From an uncultured delta proteobacterium (GTDB lineage Bacteria > Myxococcota > UBA727 > VGSZ01): DNA of 64,000 nucleotides. Of this stretch, positions 40,814-50,343 are shown piece after piece. Where the stretch lies: positions 64,001 through 128,000 of the forward strand of contig CAVZJB010000013.1 in the NCBI GenBank assembly GCA_963775425.1, read 5' to 3'. The notes beneath the pieces were generated by a model. That model searched no databases and was not told the DNA's origin. It worked only from the letters and a program-made list of their open reading frames with translations. Position 1 is the first letter of the stretch. Every line of letters begins with the position of its first letter. Both the position numbers and the translations under genes were made by a program.

Positions 40814-41494
40814 CTACCGCACCCAGAGCCAGGCGCCGAGGAACAGCGCCGCGGCGCTCACGGCCATGCCGGCGCGCATCAGGCCCTGCAGCGCGACGAC
40901 GCGCACGCGCCCGGTGGTGACGTGCAGCGGGAGGAAGCCGTCGGCGGTCTTCCTGGCGACGACGGAGACCTCGGTGCCGTCGAGCAAGGCGGCCTCGGTG
41001 GCAGTGACGTTGCGGTTCATGCACCAAAGCCCGCCCGGCTTGTGCAGCCGCACGGCGAGGAGCTTGTCGAGCGGCTGCGTCAGGCGCTCGAGGGGCTTGC
41101 GGATGACGCTGGTGCCGGTGATCGGCACGCGGCGCGTGCGCAGGTCCACGTGCACGCGGCCGGTGCCGTCGTCGACGGTGAAGGGGGCGGCGGCGACGAA
41201 GGTGATGAGGTCGGGATCGCCGTCGCGCTTCACGCCGCCCTTGGGCGAGGCGCGCTCCATGACGACGGTGAACTGCACGCAGGAGCGGCCGGTGAGCGGC
41301 CCCATGAGCGGCTCCTCCGCGCGCGCGGGCCCGCGCACGTCGACGATGCCGCTCGAGCCGCGCAGCTCCCGGGCGCTGACGCGCCGCGCGCGCCACAGCG
41401 TCAGCGCGTGGCGGATCTCGAAGAGGGCACCGAGGAGCAGGCTCGCTCCCGTGCTCAACAACGCGAAGGCGATCAACTGCATGACGATCGACAC
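40814..41494 (-). CDS. Membrane protein with GIDE-like domain
   Basis: N- and C-terminal TMs; PLMGPLTGRSCV, PFTVDDGTGRVHVD, TEAALLDGTEVSVV; GTG after GGAGG. Confidence 0.65.
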   Translation of the reverse strand: MSIVMQLIAFALLSTGASLLLGALFEIRHALTLWRARRVSARELRGSSGIVDVRGPARAEEPLMGPLTGRSCVQFTVVMERASPKGGVKRDGDPDLITFVAAAPFTVDDGTGRVHVDLRTRRVPITGTSVIRKPLERLTQPLDKLLAVRLHKPGGLWCMNRNVTATEAALLDGTEVSVVARKTADGFLPLHVTTGRVRVVALQGLMRAGMAVSAAALFLGAWLWVR

Positions 41495-41563
41495 GTCACC
41501 TCCGCCCGCGCGCATGCACGCGGCTCCGATGCCGTAGCGATGAAGAGGGACGAATGGCACTGA

Positions 41564-41923
41564 TCACGGCGCGCACGACGCCTCGCCGCGTGCGACCGCC
41601 GCCTGCGCGCCGGGGTGGAGCATCAACACCTCCCACGCGGGCCGCTCGAGCCAGGAGGTGCGCCGCCCGCGCGGCCCGGCGATCTCGAGGCGCACGGACG
41701 CCCGCCCCGCGTGGGTCTCCTCGACGACCACGAGGCGCGAGCCGTCGGCGCGCGCCCTCTCCAGGTCGCTCAACAGCGCGCGCAGCCGGCGGTACAGCGC
41801 GATGGCGCTCTTGAAGCGCGCGTCGTTGTACGCCTCGTAGTTGCGGTTGCGGGAGAAGGGCGTGTCCGCGAGCAGCAGGTGCGCCGCCATCTCGTACACG
41901 CGCTTTCCGCCGCGATGGGCCAT
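41564..41923 (-). CDS. Hypothetical protein
   Basis: Codon-biased ORF in operon-like position; FSRNRNYEAY motif. Confidence 0.7.
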   Translation of the reverse strand: MAHRGGKRVYEMAAHLLLADTPFSRNRNYEAYNDARFKSAIALYRRLRALLSDLERARADGSRLVVVEETHAGRASVRLEIAGPRGRRTSWLERPAWEVLMLHPGAQAAVARGEASCAP

Positions 41924-41935
41924 CGCCCCAGCGTA

Positions 41936-44461
41936 TCAACGTTGGCGCGGCCGGATGGTCATCGCGCCCTGCGCGGCTCGTTCCGCACCGGCGAGGTCCA
42001 TGGAGATCACCCGCGGCTTGCCGTCGTGCCAGAGCGGATATTGGTCGCCGATGTGCGGGCTGCCGAAGTGCCCGCTCTCGCCGGTGTCGTTCACCATGCG
42101 CACCGTGGGCGGGTCCGTCATCTCGGCGATCAAGCGGAGGCCGGCCCCGGCCCGCACGCGCATCCTGTGCCCGAAGTCGGGGTGCTCCGCGCGCGGCGTG
42201 CTGTCGTACCCGGACTCGGCCATCCCCGGCAGCGAGAACAGCCCGCCGACGAGCGGGACACCCGCGAGGACGCCGCGCAGGTCGAGCCGGTGCAGGTGAC
42301 CCCACGTCCAATCGTCGCCCGCCTCCTCCACGACGAGGTCGAGCGCCTGCTTCACCGCCTTCGCGACGAAGCCGTCGAGGCCCTCACGCGCCGTCGTCTT
42401 CGGGTCGTCGAAGACGGGGGAGCGTGCGCCCTTGTCCTCGGCGAGCACCAGCTCCTTGAGCGCCCACTGGACGAAGCTCTGGTGCGAGAGCTCGCCGGCG
42501 AGCGCCTCGTCCACGTGCGCGCGCAGCACGTCGTCGACGAAGGCGTGTTGCGTACGCGCGAAAGGCAAGGCGACGGCGTCGGTGGTGAAGACGCCGTCGA
42601 AGCCGCCGACGGCGTCGCAGAAGGCCTTGAGCTGCGCGTCGTCGTGTCCGTCGACGTGCTTGGGGCAGTGGCGCGCGAGCACGGGCGCGAGCGCGGCGGC
42701 GTCGATGGCGGTGACGTCCTGTTGGATGGCGAGGATGTCGTCGGTGCTGGCCTTCTTTCCCCCGTCGATGAGCGCGTGCAGGCGTTTCTCGATGCGCATG
42801 GCGCGGTAGGGGCCGGCGCCCTCGAAGCCGACGGCGGCCTGCGCGCCCACGCCGTCCTCGAGGACGCGCTGGTTGCTGGCGATGATGTAGCCCTTCGCGG
42901 GGTTGGTGAGCTGCGGCTTGTCCTGCGCCGAGACGCGGCCGCTCCACCCGGTCGCCCGGGGATAGTCCACGCGCTCCGCGTCCTTCCTCACGGGCACGAT
43001 GCCGCTCAAGCGATACGCGATGGTGCCGTCGGTGAACGCCATGTTCACGCTCATGGCCGGCGACGAGAAGTCCTGCAGCGCGCGCGTGGCCTCGTCGACG
43101 TTCGCGGCGCCGGCGAGGTTCCAAAACGCGGTGACGAGCCGGCCGTTGTCCACGGGGTACTGCTGCGCGGTCCACAGGAGGGCGAGCGCGTCGTCGCCGA
43201 CGTCGACGCCGCCGTAGCCGCGCGGGAGCACCGGGCCGAACACCGTGGTGTGCCAGTGCTCGTGGACGTCGCCGAAGCTCTGGGGCCACGCGCCGAACGC
43301 GTGGTGGACGCCGTCGACGAGGTAACCGTCCCCGTCGCGCTTGAGGAGTACGAGGTCCTGCGTGTCGGCGTAGGCGTTGGTGACGCCCCACGCGATGTGG
43401 CGGCCGTGCCCGATGAGCACCGCGGGGATGCCCGGGAACGTGCCGCCGGCGACGACGTAGTCGCCGCCGACGTGCAGGTCGGCCAGGTAGAAGACGCCGG
43501 GCGTCATGTGCGCGAGGTGCGGGTCGTTGGCGAGCACGGCGACGCCCTTCGCCGTGTGCTCCGGCGCCACCGCCCAGGAGTTGGACGCGCCGCGGCCGCC
43601 GCTCCCGAAGAGCTCCTGCAGCTCGCCCGTGAGCGCGGCGCGAAACGGCGCGCCGGCCTGCGGGGGGACGATCGCCGTCGCCCCCGTCGACGGCGCCGGC
43701 CCCGCCGGTGCCGACAGCGACGTCGACGCGAGCTGCGACGCGCGCGGCGGCGGCGACGTCGAGCTCGGCGGCGACGACGACGCGGACGGCGGCGCCGGGA
43801 TCTCGCTCGCGGCGACGACGGGGACGCCGCCCGAGGGCGTGTCGATCAGCAGCGCCTCCACCACGGGGTTGTCGCGGCCGAGCGCCTTCACGAGGTGATA
43901 GCGCGCGAGCTCCTCGCGAAAGCCGATGCCCTGGTCCCACTGTTGAAAGCGCGCCACCGCCAGCACGTCGCGCGGCGTCACCGGCTGCCAGCGCGCCCCG
44001 ATGAGCGTCATCTCCGCGGTGCGGCCGGCCATGGCGGCGCCGCGGTTGAGGCCCGAGCAGTACGCGGCAAGCAGCTCGGCGTCCGCGGCGTTGGCCTCCT
44101 TGAGCTGCTCGTCGAGACCGTACGTCAGCAGGCGGTTTTCGCGGTCGACGTCGAGCAGGTCCTTGCCGAGGATCTCCGTGAGCCTGCCCTCCGCCGCGTG
44201 CACGTAGAGGAAGATCTGAAAGGAACGCTCGCGCCCGTGCATGACGCCGAGCGCGTACGCGGCGTCGGCGCGGCTCCGCGCGAAGATGTGCGGGATGCCC
44301 AGGTCGTCGACGAAGACCTGGACGTCCTCGCCCGGCCAGTCCGCGTGCGAGCTGAGCACCAGCGGCGCCGCGCTCGGCGGGAGCGCCGGCGGCACGAACG
44401 GTGACAGCGGAGAGCAGGAGCACAGGAGCGAAGCGAACAGGACGCCGATCACGTTGCGCAT
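41936..44461 (-). CDS. Penicillin acylase family (Ntn hydrolase, S45) lipoprotein
   Basis: DDLGIPHIFA, ASNSWAV (catalytic Ser), LANDPHL, IAWGVTN, GESGH..SPH..DQ; LCSC lipobox. Confidence 0.93.
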   Translation of the reverse strand: MRNVIGVLFASLLCSCSPLSPFVPPALPPSAAPLVLSSHADWPGEDVQVFVDDLGIPHIFARSRADAAYALGVMHGRERSFQIFLYVHAAEGRLTEILGKDLLDVDRENRLLTYGLDEQLKEANAADAELLAAYCSGLNRGAAMAGRTAEMTLIGARWQPVTPRDVLAVARFQQWDQGIGFREELARYHLVKALGRDNPVVEALLIDTPSGGVPVVAASEIPAPPSASSSPPSSTSPPPRASQLASTSLSAPAGPAPSTGATAIVPPQAGAPFRAALTGELQELFGSGGRGASNSWAVAPEHTAKGVAVLANDPHLAHMTPGVFYLADLHVGGDYVVAGGTFPGIPAVLIGHGRHIAWGVTNAYADTQDLVLLKRDGDGYLVDGVHHAFGAWPQSFGDVHEHWHTTVFGPVLPRGYGGVDVGDDALALLWTAQQYPVDNGRLVTAFWNLAGAANVDEATRALQDFSSPAMSVNMAFTDGTIAYRLSGIVPVRKDAERVDYPRATGWSGRVSAQDKPQLTNPAKGYIIASNQRVLEDGVGAQAAVGFEGAGPYRAMRIEKRLHALIDGGKKASTDDILAIQQDVTAIDAAALAPVLARHCPKHVDGHDDAQLKAFCDAVGGFDGVFTTDAVALPFARTQHAFVDDVLRAHVDEALAGELSHQSFVQWALKELVLAEDKGARSPVFDDPKTTAREGLDGFVAKAVKQALDLVVEEAGDDWTWGHLHRLDLRGVLAGVPLVGGLFSLPGMAESGYDSTPRAEHPDFGHRMRVRAGAGLRLIAEMTDPPTVRMVNDTGESGHFGSPHIGDQYPLWHDGKPRVISMDLAGAERAAQGAMTIRPRQR

Positions 44462-44504
44462 CCCGCACCGTTGTCGCACCGCGCCCGCTGCGTAAAGTGA
44501 CGAC

Positions 44505-44891
44505 ATGCGGGTGCTCCTCAACGTCGCTTGGGCCATCTTCGGGGGCGGTCTGGTCACCGCCCTCGAGTACGCCGTCGGCGGCGCCATCTTGTGCCTCACC
44601 GTCGTCGGCATCCCCTTCGGGCTGCAGTGCTTCAAGCTCGCGCGGCTCGCGCTGTTCCCGTTCGGCAAGGATGTCGTCGACGATCCCGGCTCCGCCGGCT
44701 CGGGGTTTCTCGGGCTCTTGATGAACCTCCTGTGGCTCGTGGTCGCCGGCCTGTGGACGTTCATCACCCACATCGGCCTCGCCCTCGGCCTCGCCGTCAC
44801 CATCATCGGCATCCCGTTCGCACTCCAGCACGTGAAGCTCGCCGTCCTCGCGCTCTTCCCGTTCGGACGCCGCGTGATCGTCACCGGCTGA
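44505..44891 (+). CDS. YccF-domain inner membrane protein
   Basis: Duplicated N..W...GG...T[VI][VI]GIPF..Q..KLA.LALFPFG. Confidence 0.92.
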   Translation: MRVLLNVAWAIFGGGLVTALEYAVGGAILCLTVVGIPFGLQCFKLARLALFPFGKDVVDDPGSAGSGFLGLLMNLLWLVVAGLWTFITHIGLALGLAVTIIGIPFALQHVKLAVLALFPFGRRVIVTG

Positions 44892-45066
44892 GATTTCACC
44901 GGCCGGTGAATGCATTGCCGCCGGCGTCCGACCGCGGGGAGCAATGAGAGGAATCACACCTCGCGCGATTCCGGACGAGAAATGGCTTTTCTCGAGCCCC
45001 GAATCTGATTACCAAGGCCCCGGGGCCCCCTGGCTCGTATGCAGGGGGTGGGGACGGGGGAAAATC

Positions 45067-45477
45067 ATGTCACGCACTCTGCGGGTGCTGCTCATCGAGG
45101 ACGATGCGGCCCAGCGCCACATGCTCCGCCTCTCCCTGGAGAAGCGGGGCCACCAGGTCGCCGGCGAGATCGCCCGCGGCGACGACGACGCCATCGTCGG
45201 CTGCAGCGCCGACGTCGCCGTCGTCGACCTCGGGCTGCCGGGGCGCTCGGGTGTCGATGTCACCCGCGTGCTGCGCGCGCGGGACGTCCCCGTGCTCGTG
45301 GTCTCGGCGTCCGCGCACAGCGCCACCGTCACCGAGGCGCTCCTCGCGGGCGCGCTCGGCTACATCGTGAAGGGCGCGCGGCTCGGCGACATCGTCGACG
45401 CGGTCGAATGCGTTGCGCGGCGCGAGCAGGTCATTCCTGCGTCGGCGCGAGAGCCTTCTTCGCGACAGTCAGAGTGA
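45067..45477 (+). CDS. Stand-alone response regulator receiver protein
   Basis: LLIEDD, VVDLGLPG (phospho-Asp), SA, GYIVK; no output domain. Confidence 0.85.
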   Translation: MSRTLRVLLIEDDAAQRHMLRLSLEKRGHQVAGEIARGDDDAIVGCSADVAVVDLGLPGRSGVDVTRVLRARDVPVLVVSASAHSATVTEALLAGALGYIVKGARLGDIVDAVECVARREQVIPASAREPSSRQSE

Positions 45478-45922
45478 AGCCCTGCCGCGCGAGCGCGGCG
45501 ATGGCCTTCTGCGGATCGCGCGCGTGCAGCCGGCGCCGGCGCACGTAGGCACGCGCGGCCTCGAGGTCGTCCTTGCCCTCGAGGGCGGCGCGCGCGGTGT
45601 CGTCGTCGACGCCCTGGGCGCGCAGCTTGTGGGCGATGGCGCGCGCGCTCTTGCCCCGCGCGTGCAGCGACGAGGCGCGGCCGGCGGCGACGCGGGCGTC
45701 GTCGAGGTACCCGGCGCGCGTGCAGCGCGCGATGACGTCGTCGATCCACGCGGGCGCATCGTCGCACGGCAGCGAGCGCCTGGCCTTGCGCTCGAGGAGC
45801 TTCTTGAGCTGCGCGGTGGTGAGCGCGCGCCGCTGCAGGTGGTACAGCGCGCTGTTCTCGAGCGACTTGAGGGTCAGCGGGCGCTTCGCTGTCTCGGACG
45901 GGCGGGGCCGGCCGGCGGCCAC
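45431..45922 (-). CDS. recX: Regulatory protein RecX
   Basis: ALYHLQRR, GYLDDARVA, RGKSARAIAHKLRAQGV, ALARQGF. Confidence 0.88.
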   Translation of the reverse strand: MAAGRPRPSETAKRPLTLKSLENSALYHLQRRALTTAQLKKLLERKARRSLPCDDAPAWIDDVIARCTRAGYLDDARVAAGRASSLHARGKSARAIAHKLRAQGVDDDTARAALEGKDDLEAARAYVRRRRLHARDPQKAIAALARQGFTLTVAKKALAPTQE

Positions 45923-45926
45923 GCCG

Positions 45927-46259
45927 TCAGATCCCGGTGGCGGCGGCCCCGTCGCAGGAGCGGCCGCCGTCGACGACGCTCGCGCAGGCGGGGTCGCCGA
46001 AGAGGGTGAACAGCCCGGCGCCGCCGCCGCCCCCGTTCGGGGCGGTCACGCCGCCGCGCGCCCCGTCGAGCACGCCCCCCTGCGGACCGCCCGGGCCGCC
46101 GCCGGGGTCGCCCGGCGCCTTGGTCTCGCCGTCGCCGCCCTCGCCGCCCGGCGCGATGCCGCCGCCCCCGCCGCCCCCGCCGCCGCCCGCGCGCGCGTCG
46201 ACGCCGCCGGCAGCGAGCAGGAGGAGGGGCACGGCGAGCACGGCTGCAGAGCGTACCAT
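45927..46259 (-). CDS. Small secreted Gly-rich hypothetical protein
   Basis: Signal peptide MVRSAAVLAVPLLLLAAG, then Gly/Pro-rich low complexity and two Cys. Confidence 0.45.
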   Translation of the reverse strand: MVRSAAVLAVPLLLLAAGGVDARAGGGGGGGGGGIAPGGEGGDGETKAPGDPGGGPGGPQGGVLDGARGGVTAPNGGGGGAGLFTLFGDPACASVVDGGRSCDGAAATGI

Positions 46260-46310
46260 GCGCCCGGGCGCCCGGTTGCGCGCGCGCGCGCGCCCACTAT
46301 CCCTCGCGCG

Positions 46311-47735
46311 ATGGCCGCCTTCACCGACGACGAGCTCGCCGCCGCCCTGCGCGTGCTCGCCGCCGTCGCCGGCGACCGCGGGTTGCTCGCGGACGTCGCC
46401 GCGGAGCAGCGCGTCCTGCTGCAGAAGCTCGCCGGCGCCGTGGCGCGGCCGGACCTCAAGGAGCGCAAGCGCCTGCAGCGCGCGCTGTTGAGGAAGGAGA
46501 TCGCCGACAAGCGCGCGCGCGACGACGGCAAGCGCGCGCGCACCGGCATCCGCGCGCTGCGCAACGCGCCCGTCTTCGCCCCGCACGCGCTGCCGCCGCC
46601 GGCGCCGGCGGCGACGACGCAGGAGCGGCTCGAGGACGAGCGCAAGTGCTACGTGTGCAAGCGCGCGTACACCACGCTGCACCCGTTCTACGACCAGCTC
46701 TGCCCCGCCTGCGGCGCGCTCAACTTCGAAAAGCGCACGGCCACCGCGGACCTGCGCGGCAAGGTCGCGCTGGTGACGGGCGCGCGCGTGAAGATCGGCT
46801 ACCAGGCGGCGCTCCTGCTGCTGCGCGCGGGCTGCGGCGTGGTGGCGTGCACCCGCTTCCCCGGGGACGCCGCGCGGCGCTACGCGGGCGAGCCCGACTT
46901 CTCGTCGTGGGCGGAGCGCCTGCACGTGACCGGCATCGACCTGCGGCACACGCCGAGCGTCGAGGTGCTCTGCCGCCACCTCGCCGAGACGCTGCCGCGG
47001 CTCGACTTCCAGATCCACAACGCCTGCCAGACCGTTCGCCGGCCGCCGGGCTTCTACGAGCACCTGCTCGAGGGCGAGCGCGCGCCGCTGCCGAAGGAGC
47101 TCGCGGGCGTGGTGGCCCGCGTCGACGGCGTGCGCGATCCCGTGGCGGCCTCACAGCTCGACCCCGGCCACGAGCTGCCGGCGACGACGGCCGCGGAGAT
47201 CTTTCCCCGCGGCGTGCTCGACGCCGACCTGCAGCAGGTGGACCTGCGCGCGCACAACTCCTGGCGGCTCACGCTCGGCGAGGTGCCCACGCTCGAGCTC
47301 CTCGAGGTGCTGCTGGTGAACGCGGCGGCGCCGTTCGTGATGGCGGCCAAGCTCAAGCCGCTGATGCTCGCGAGCGAAGGGCCGAAGCACGTCGTCATGG
47401 TCTCGGCGATGGAGGGCCAGTTCTACCGGGACCACAAGACGGACAAGCACCCGCACACCAACATGGCCAAGGCCGCCTTGAACATGCTCGTGAGGACATC
47501 GGCGCAGGACTACGTGAAGGACGGCATCTACCTGAACGCCGTCGACACCGGCTGGGTCACCGACGAGGACCCCGCCCACCTCGCGGCGAAGAAGGCGGAG
47601 GAGCACCGCTTCTCGCCACCGCTCGACATCGTCGACGGCGCGGCCCGCATCGTCGACCCGATCTTCTCGGGCTTCCACACGGGCGAGCACGCGTGCGGCG
47701 TGTTCTTCAAGGACTACGCCCCCGCGCCCTGGTGA
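46311..47735 (+). CDS. SDR-family oxidoreductase with N-terminal Zn-ribbon
   Basis: CYVC...CPAC, VTGARVKIG, HNACQT, HPHTNMAKAALN, VDTGWVTDE. Confidence 0.88.
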   Translation: MAAFTDDELAAALRVLAAVAGDRGLLADVAAEQRVLLQKLAGAVARPDLKERKRLQRALLRKEIADKRARDDGKRARTGIRALRNAPVFAPHALPPPAPAATTQERLEDERKCYVCKRAYTTLHPFYDQLCPACGALNFEKRTATADLRGKVALVTGARVKIGYQAALLLLRAGCGVVACTRFPGDAARRYAGEPDFSSWAERLHVTGIDLRHTPSVEVLCRHLAETLPRLDFQIHNACQTVRRPPGFYEHLLEGERAPLPKELAGVVARVDGVRDPVAASQLDPGHELPATTAAEIFPRGVLDADLQQVDLRAHNSWRLTLGEVPTLELLEVLLVNAAAPFVMAAKLKPLMLASEGPKHVVMVSAMEGQFYRDHKTDKHPHTNMAKAALNMLVRTSAQDYVKDGIYLNAVDTGWVTDEDPAHLAAKKAEEHRFSPPLDIVDGAARIVDPIFSGFHTGEHACGVFFKDYAPAPW

Positions 47736-47816
47736 CCGCCTGCGAGCGACGACGACCATGGCGCGCGCAGACGTGGCGCGCCCCCATGACGGCGGCCCGG
47801 CGGCGTATCCTTCGGC

Positions 47817-48122
47817 ATGCGGATCGCGATCGTGGCCTGCGTCCTCTTCCTGTGCGCCTGCGCCTGCGGGCGCACGGTCGACGCCAGCCAATACAGCCGC
47901 GCCTGCAGCGCCGACGCCGACTGCGTCCTCGTCGCCGACGGCGACCTCTGCGGCCCGTGCCACTGCCTGAGCGCGACCATCGCCGCGTCGGAGCTGCCCC
48001 GCTTCAACGGCGACGCGGACGGCGTGTGCCTCCCGAGGCTCGACACGGTCGAGTGCCTCTGCGCGCTCCCGCCGTCGCCGGTGTGCGCCGGCGGGCAGTG
48101 CCAGATCCCCGCCACGCGCTGA
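47817..48122 (+). CDS. Small Cys-rich lipoprotein
   Basis: CACAC lipobox; CSADADCVLV...C..CHC...C..GQC. Confidence 0.8.
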   Translation: MRIAIVACVLFLCACACGRTVDASQYSRACSADADCVLVADGDLCGPCHCLSATIAASELPRFNGDADGVCLPRLDTVECLCALPPSPVCAGGQCQIPATR

Positions 48123-48139
48123 CGTCGCTGCTGCGCGCG

Positions 48140-48358
48140 TCAGTGCCGCGTCGAGGGTTGCGCGGGAGCCTCGCGGCGCCGCGCGACGAGCACCCACGCT
48201 CGCGCGGACGCTTCGTCGCCGGGCGAAAAGGACGTCGCGTTCAGACGGGCGACCTCGAGCTGCGGCTCGACGGCGTCGACGATGTCGCGGGCCGTTCGCC
48301 GCGGCGGCCCGCCGTCCCGCGGCGGCCCCTCCGTGCTGCCGATGACGCTCAGCCACAT
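48140..48358 (-). pseudogene. Probable C-terminal remnant of a class I SAM methyltransferase
   Basis: [24 protein letters not shown]...F...[10 protein letters not shown] parallels the C-terminus of 56167-56766 (GGPRR...F...AAAW); no SAM-binding N-half. Confidence 0.5.
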
Positions 48359-48373
48359 TGCGGCCGCGCTGAC

Positions 48374-50323
48374 TCAATCCGTGCTGAGGAAGGTGAGGGG
48401 CGTGCCTGCGGTGGGGGCGCCGAGGCTCGCGCCGAACGAGCTCGGGTAGTGCCAATTGAAGGTGCCGCTCTGGACCTTGAGATCGTGGCCGGCGTGAATC
48501 TCGCCGTAGAAGTCGATGGTCCCGGGGCTGTTCCACGTGAGGTTGTTTCCGACCCACACCGTCCCGGCCATGGCCGTCACGCCCGCGTTCAAGTGCGCGT
48601 CGTGCGTCACGATGAGCGAAGGGAACAGCATGCTGGTGTCGTTGGTGTGGCCGGTGCCGAACCACTCGGCGCCGCTGATGGTGAGATCGCCCTGCACGAT
48701 GACGGTGGCCGGCGGCCAGTTCGTCCCGAGCGTGAGGGTGGCGCCCGAGGGAGCGGTGCCGCCGAAGGACACGGAGGTGTTGATGTTGACGCCTGCGAAG
48801 AAGTAGTCGGCCGCAGGCACGGCGGCGGGGTTGAGACCGCCGGCAAACCAATACTGTGTGCCGTCGCTCTCGAGGACGGCGTTGCTCCCGTTGCACGTCG
48901 CCGCCGTGCAGTTGCCGGTGACGGCGGTCTGGCCCGGGTAGGCCCCCGCGGGAGCGATGGCGCAGAGGCTGAAGTCCGGCTTGTTGAAACTATCGGTGGC
49001 GTTGGCCGTGCCGAAGGTCGCCCCGGGGCACGTCGTCGAGATCATGGAGTTCAAGCTCGCGCCGTCGACCGGCGCGGGCGTGTCGTTCTTGGGCTCGAAC
49101 GCGCCCGTGGCACCGTTGACGTTCGTGGGGAACGGCGCACAGATCCCACCGCCTCCGTCGCTGATGACGAGCGGCGTCCAGCACGCGCCGAAGCCCGGGT
49201 CGTCGAGCTTGGGCGCGGGCACGGGCGTCGACGACCCCGCCATGTTGCTGCACGGCGCGCCGCCGCCGCGGCTCGCGCCCGGATCCCAGACAAAGAGGGC
49301 GAATTGGTTCGCTCCTCCGTTGATGACCATGAAATTGCAGGGGCTCGTCCAGTCCGCGACCTTGTCGGAGTCGGTGCCGCTGCTGAACGGATCCGGGACG
49401 GCCAACACCGGCGACGGCGAGGGCAGCGCGGTGGTGATGGAGCCGAGCGCGCAGTCCTGGGCGGCGTTGCAGCCGGACGTCGATTCGTCGATGCAGCTCT
49501 GCCATTGGGACGGCACCGTCCCGCCGTTTTGAAAGGAGTCGCCGCACGTACAACCGCTGCCGCCGCTGGCGCTCTTGATGTTGTGGCCGACGGCGACGCT
49601 GCCTTCGGGGCTGCAGCCGTTGAAGTCGGCGCCGTCGGACGTGAAGTCGTGGCCGACGGTGATGCCCGGGGCGCTCGGCGCCGTGAGGTACTGGAAGGCC
49701 TGGTGGAGCGTCACGCGGTGGACGTTGGGCGAGTCGGGGTTGGTGCCCGGTGAGATGCCGACGACGGTGATGAGCACCATGCGATCGCGATCGCGCAGCG
49801 GGTTGTCGCCGCCCCCGCCGATGTCCGTGGGGCCCTCCACGCAGGTGCCGAACGAGCCCGGGTGGTTGCTCGTGGTGGCGGCCCAGTTGGGCTCGGTGCG
49901 CTGGTCGTCGGAGTCGTCGTCGAAGCGGATCATGTACGCGCCGGCGCCGTACGGCACGAGCAGGTAGTTCTTGCCGTTGTACGTGACGGCGGCGGCGCCC
50001 GGGTCGGTGAGCTCGGGCATATTGCAGTTCGCGCACGGCGCCGGGGTCGACGGGAGCGAGGAGCAGTCGGCCGACAGATCCGGGTCGAGCGCCTGGTCGA
50101 GGTCGCCGTCGGCGACGCCCACCGTCTGCAGATACGTCGAGGCGCGCTCCATCCCACTGCGGGCGATGGCGGCGGCGGCCTCGGCGCCGGCGGAGTGCGC
50201 GGCGTCCAGGCGCGCCGACATCGATGTCGCCACCATGGCGGAGGCGATGATGGCCGCGGCGAGCGCGACGAGGAGCACCACCAACAACACGAACCCGCGC
50301 AGCTTCTTCTTTCGCTTCGTCAT
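48374..50323 (-). CDS. pilX: PilX-like minor pilin fused to a large Cys-rich/beta-helix C-terminal region
   Basis: KKKLRG|FVLLVVLL prepilin without Glu5; A...A.SG.E.A PilX_N pattern; about 650 aa. Confidence 0.75.
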   Translation of the reverse strand: MTKRKKKLRGFVLLVVLLVALAAAIIASAMVATSMSARLDAAHSAGAEAAAAIARSGMERASTYLQTVGVADGDLDQALDPDLSADCSSLPSTPAPCANCNMPELTDPGAAAVTYNGKNYLLVPYGAGAYMIRFDDDSDDQRTEPNWAATTSNHPGSFGTCVEGPTDIGGGGDNPLRDRDRMVLITVVGISPGTNPDSPNVHRVTLHQAFQYLTAPSAPGITVGHDFTSDGADFNGCSPEGSVAVGHNIKSASGGSGCTCGDSFQNGGTVPSQWQSCIDESTSGCNAAQDCALGSITTALPSPSPVLAVPDPFSSGTDSDKVADWTSPCNFMVINGGANQFALFVWDPGASRGGGAPCSNMAGSSTPVPAPKLDDPGFGACWTPLVISDGGGGICAPFPTNVNGATGAFEPKNDTPAPVDGASLNSMISTTCPGATFGTANATDSFNKPDFSLCAIAPAGAYPGQTAVTGNCTAATCNGSNAVLESDGTQYWFAGGLNPAAVPAADYFFAGVNINTSVSFGGTAPSGATLTLGTNWPPATVIVQGDLTISGAEWFGTGHTNDTSMLFPSLIVTHDAHLNAGVTAMAGTVWVGNNLTWNSPGTIDFYGEIHAGHDLKVQSGTFNWHYPSSFGASLGAPTAGTPLTFLSTD

Positions 50324-50343
50324 CGCAGTGCCTCGCGTGGGAT

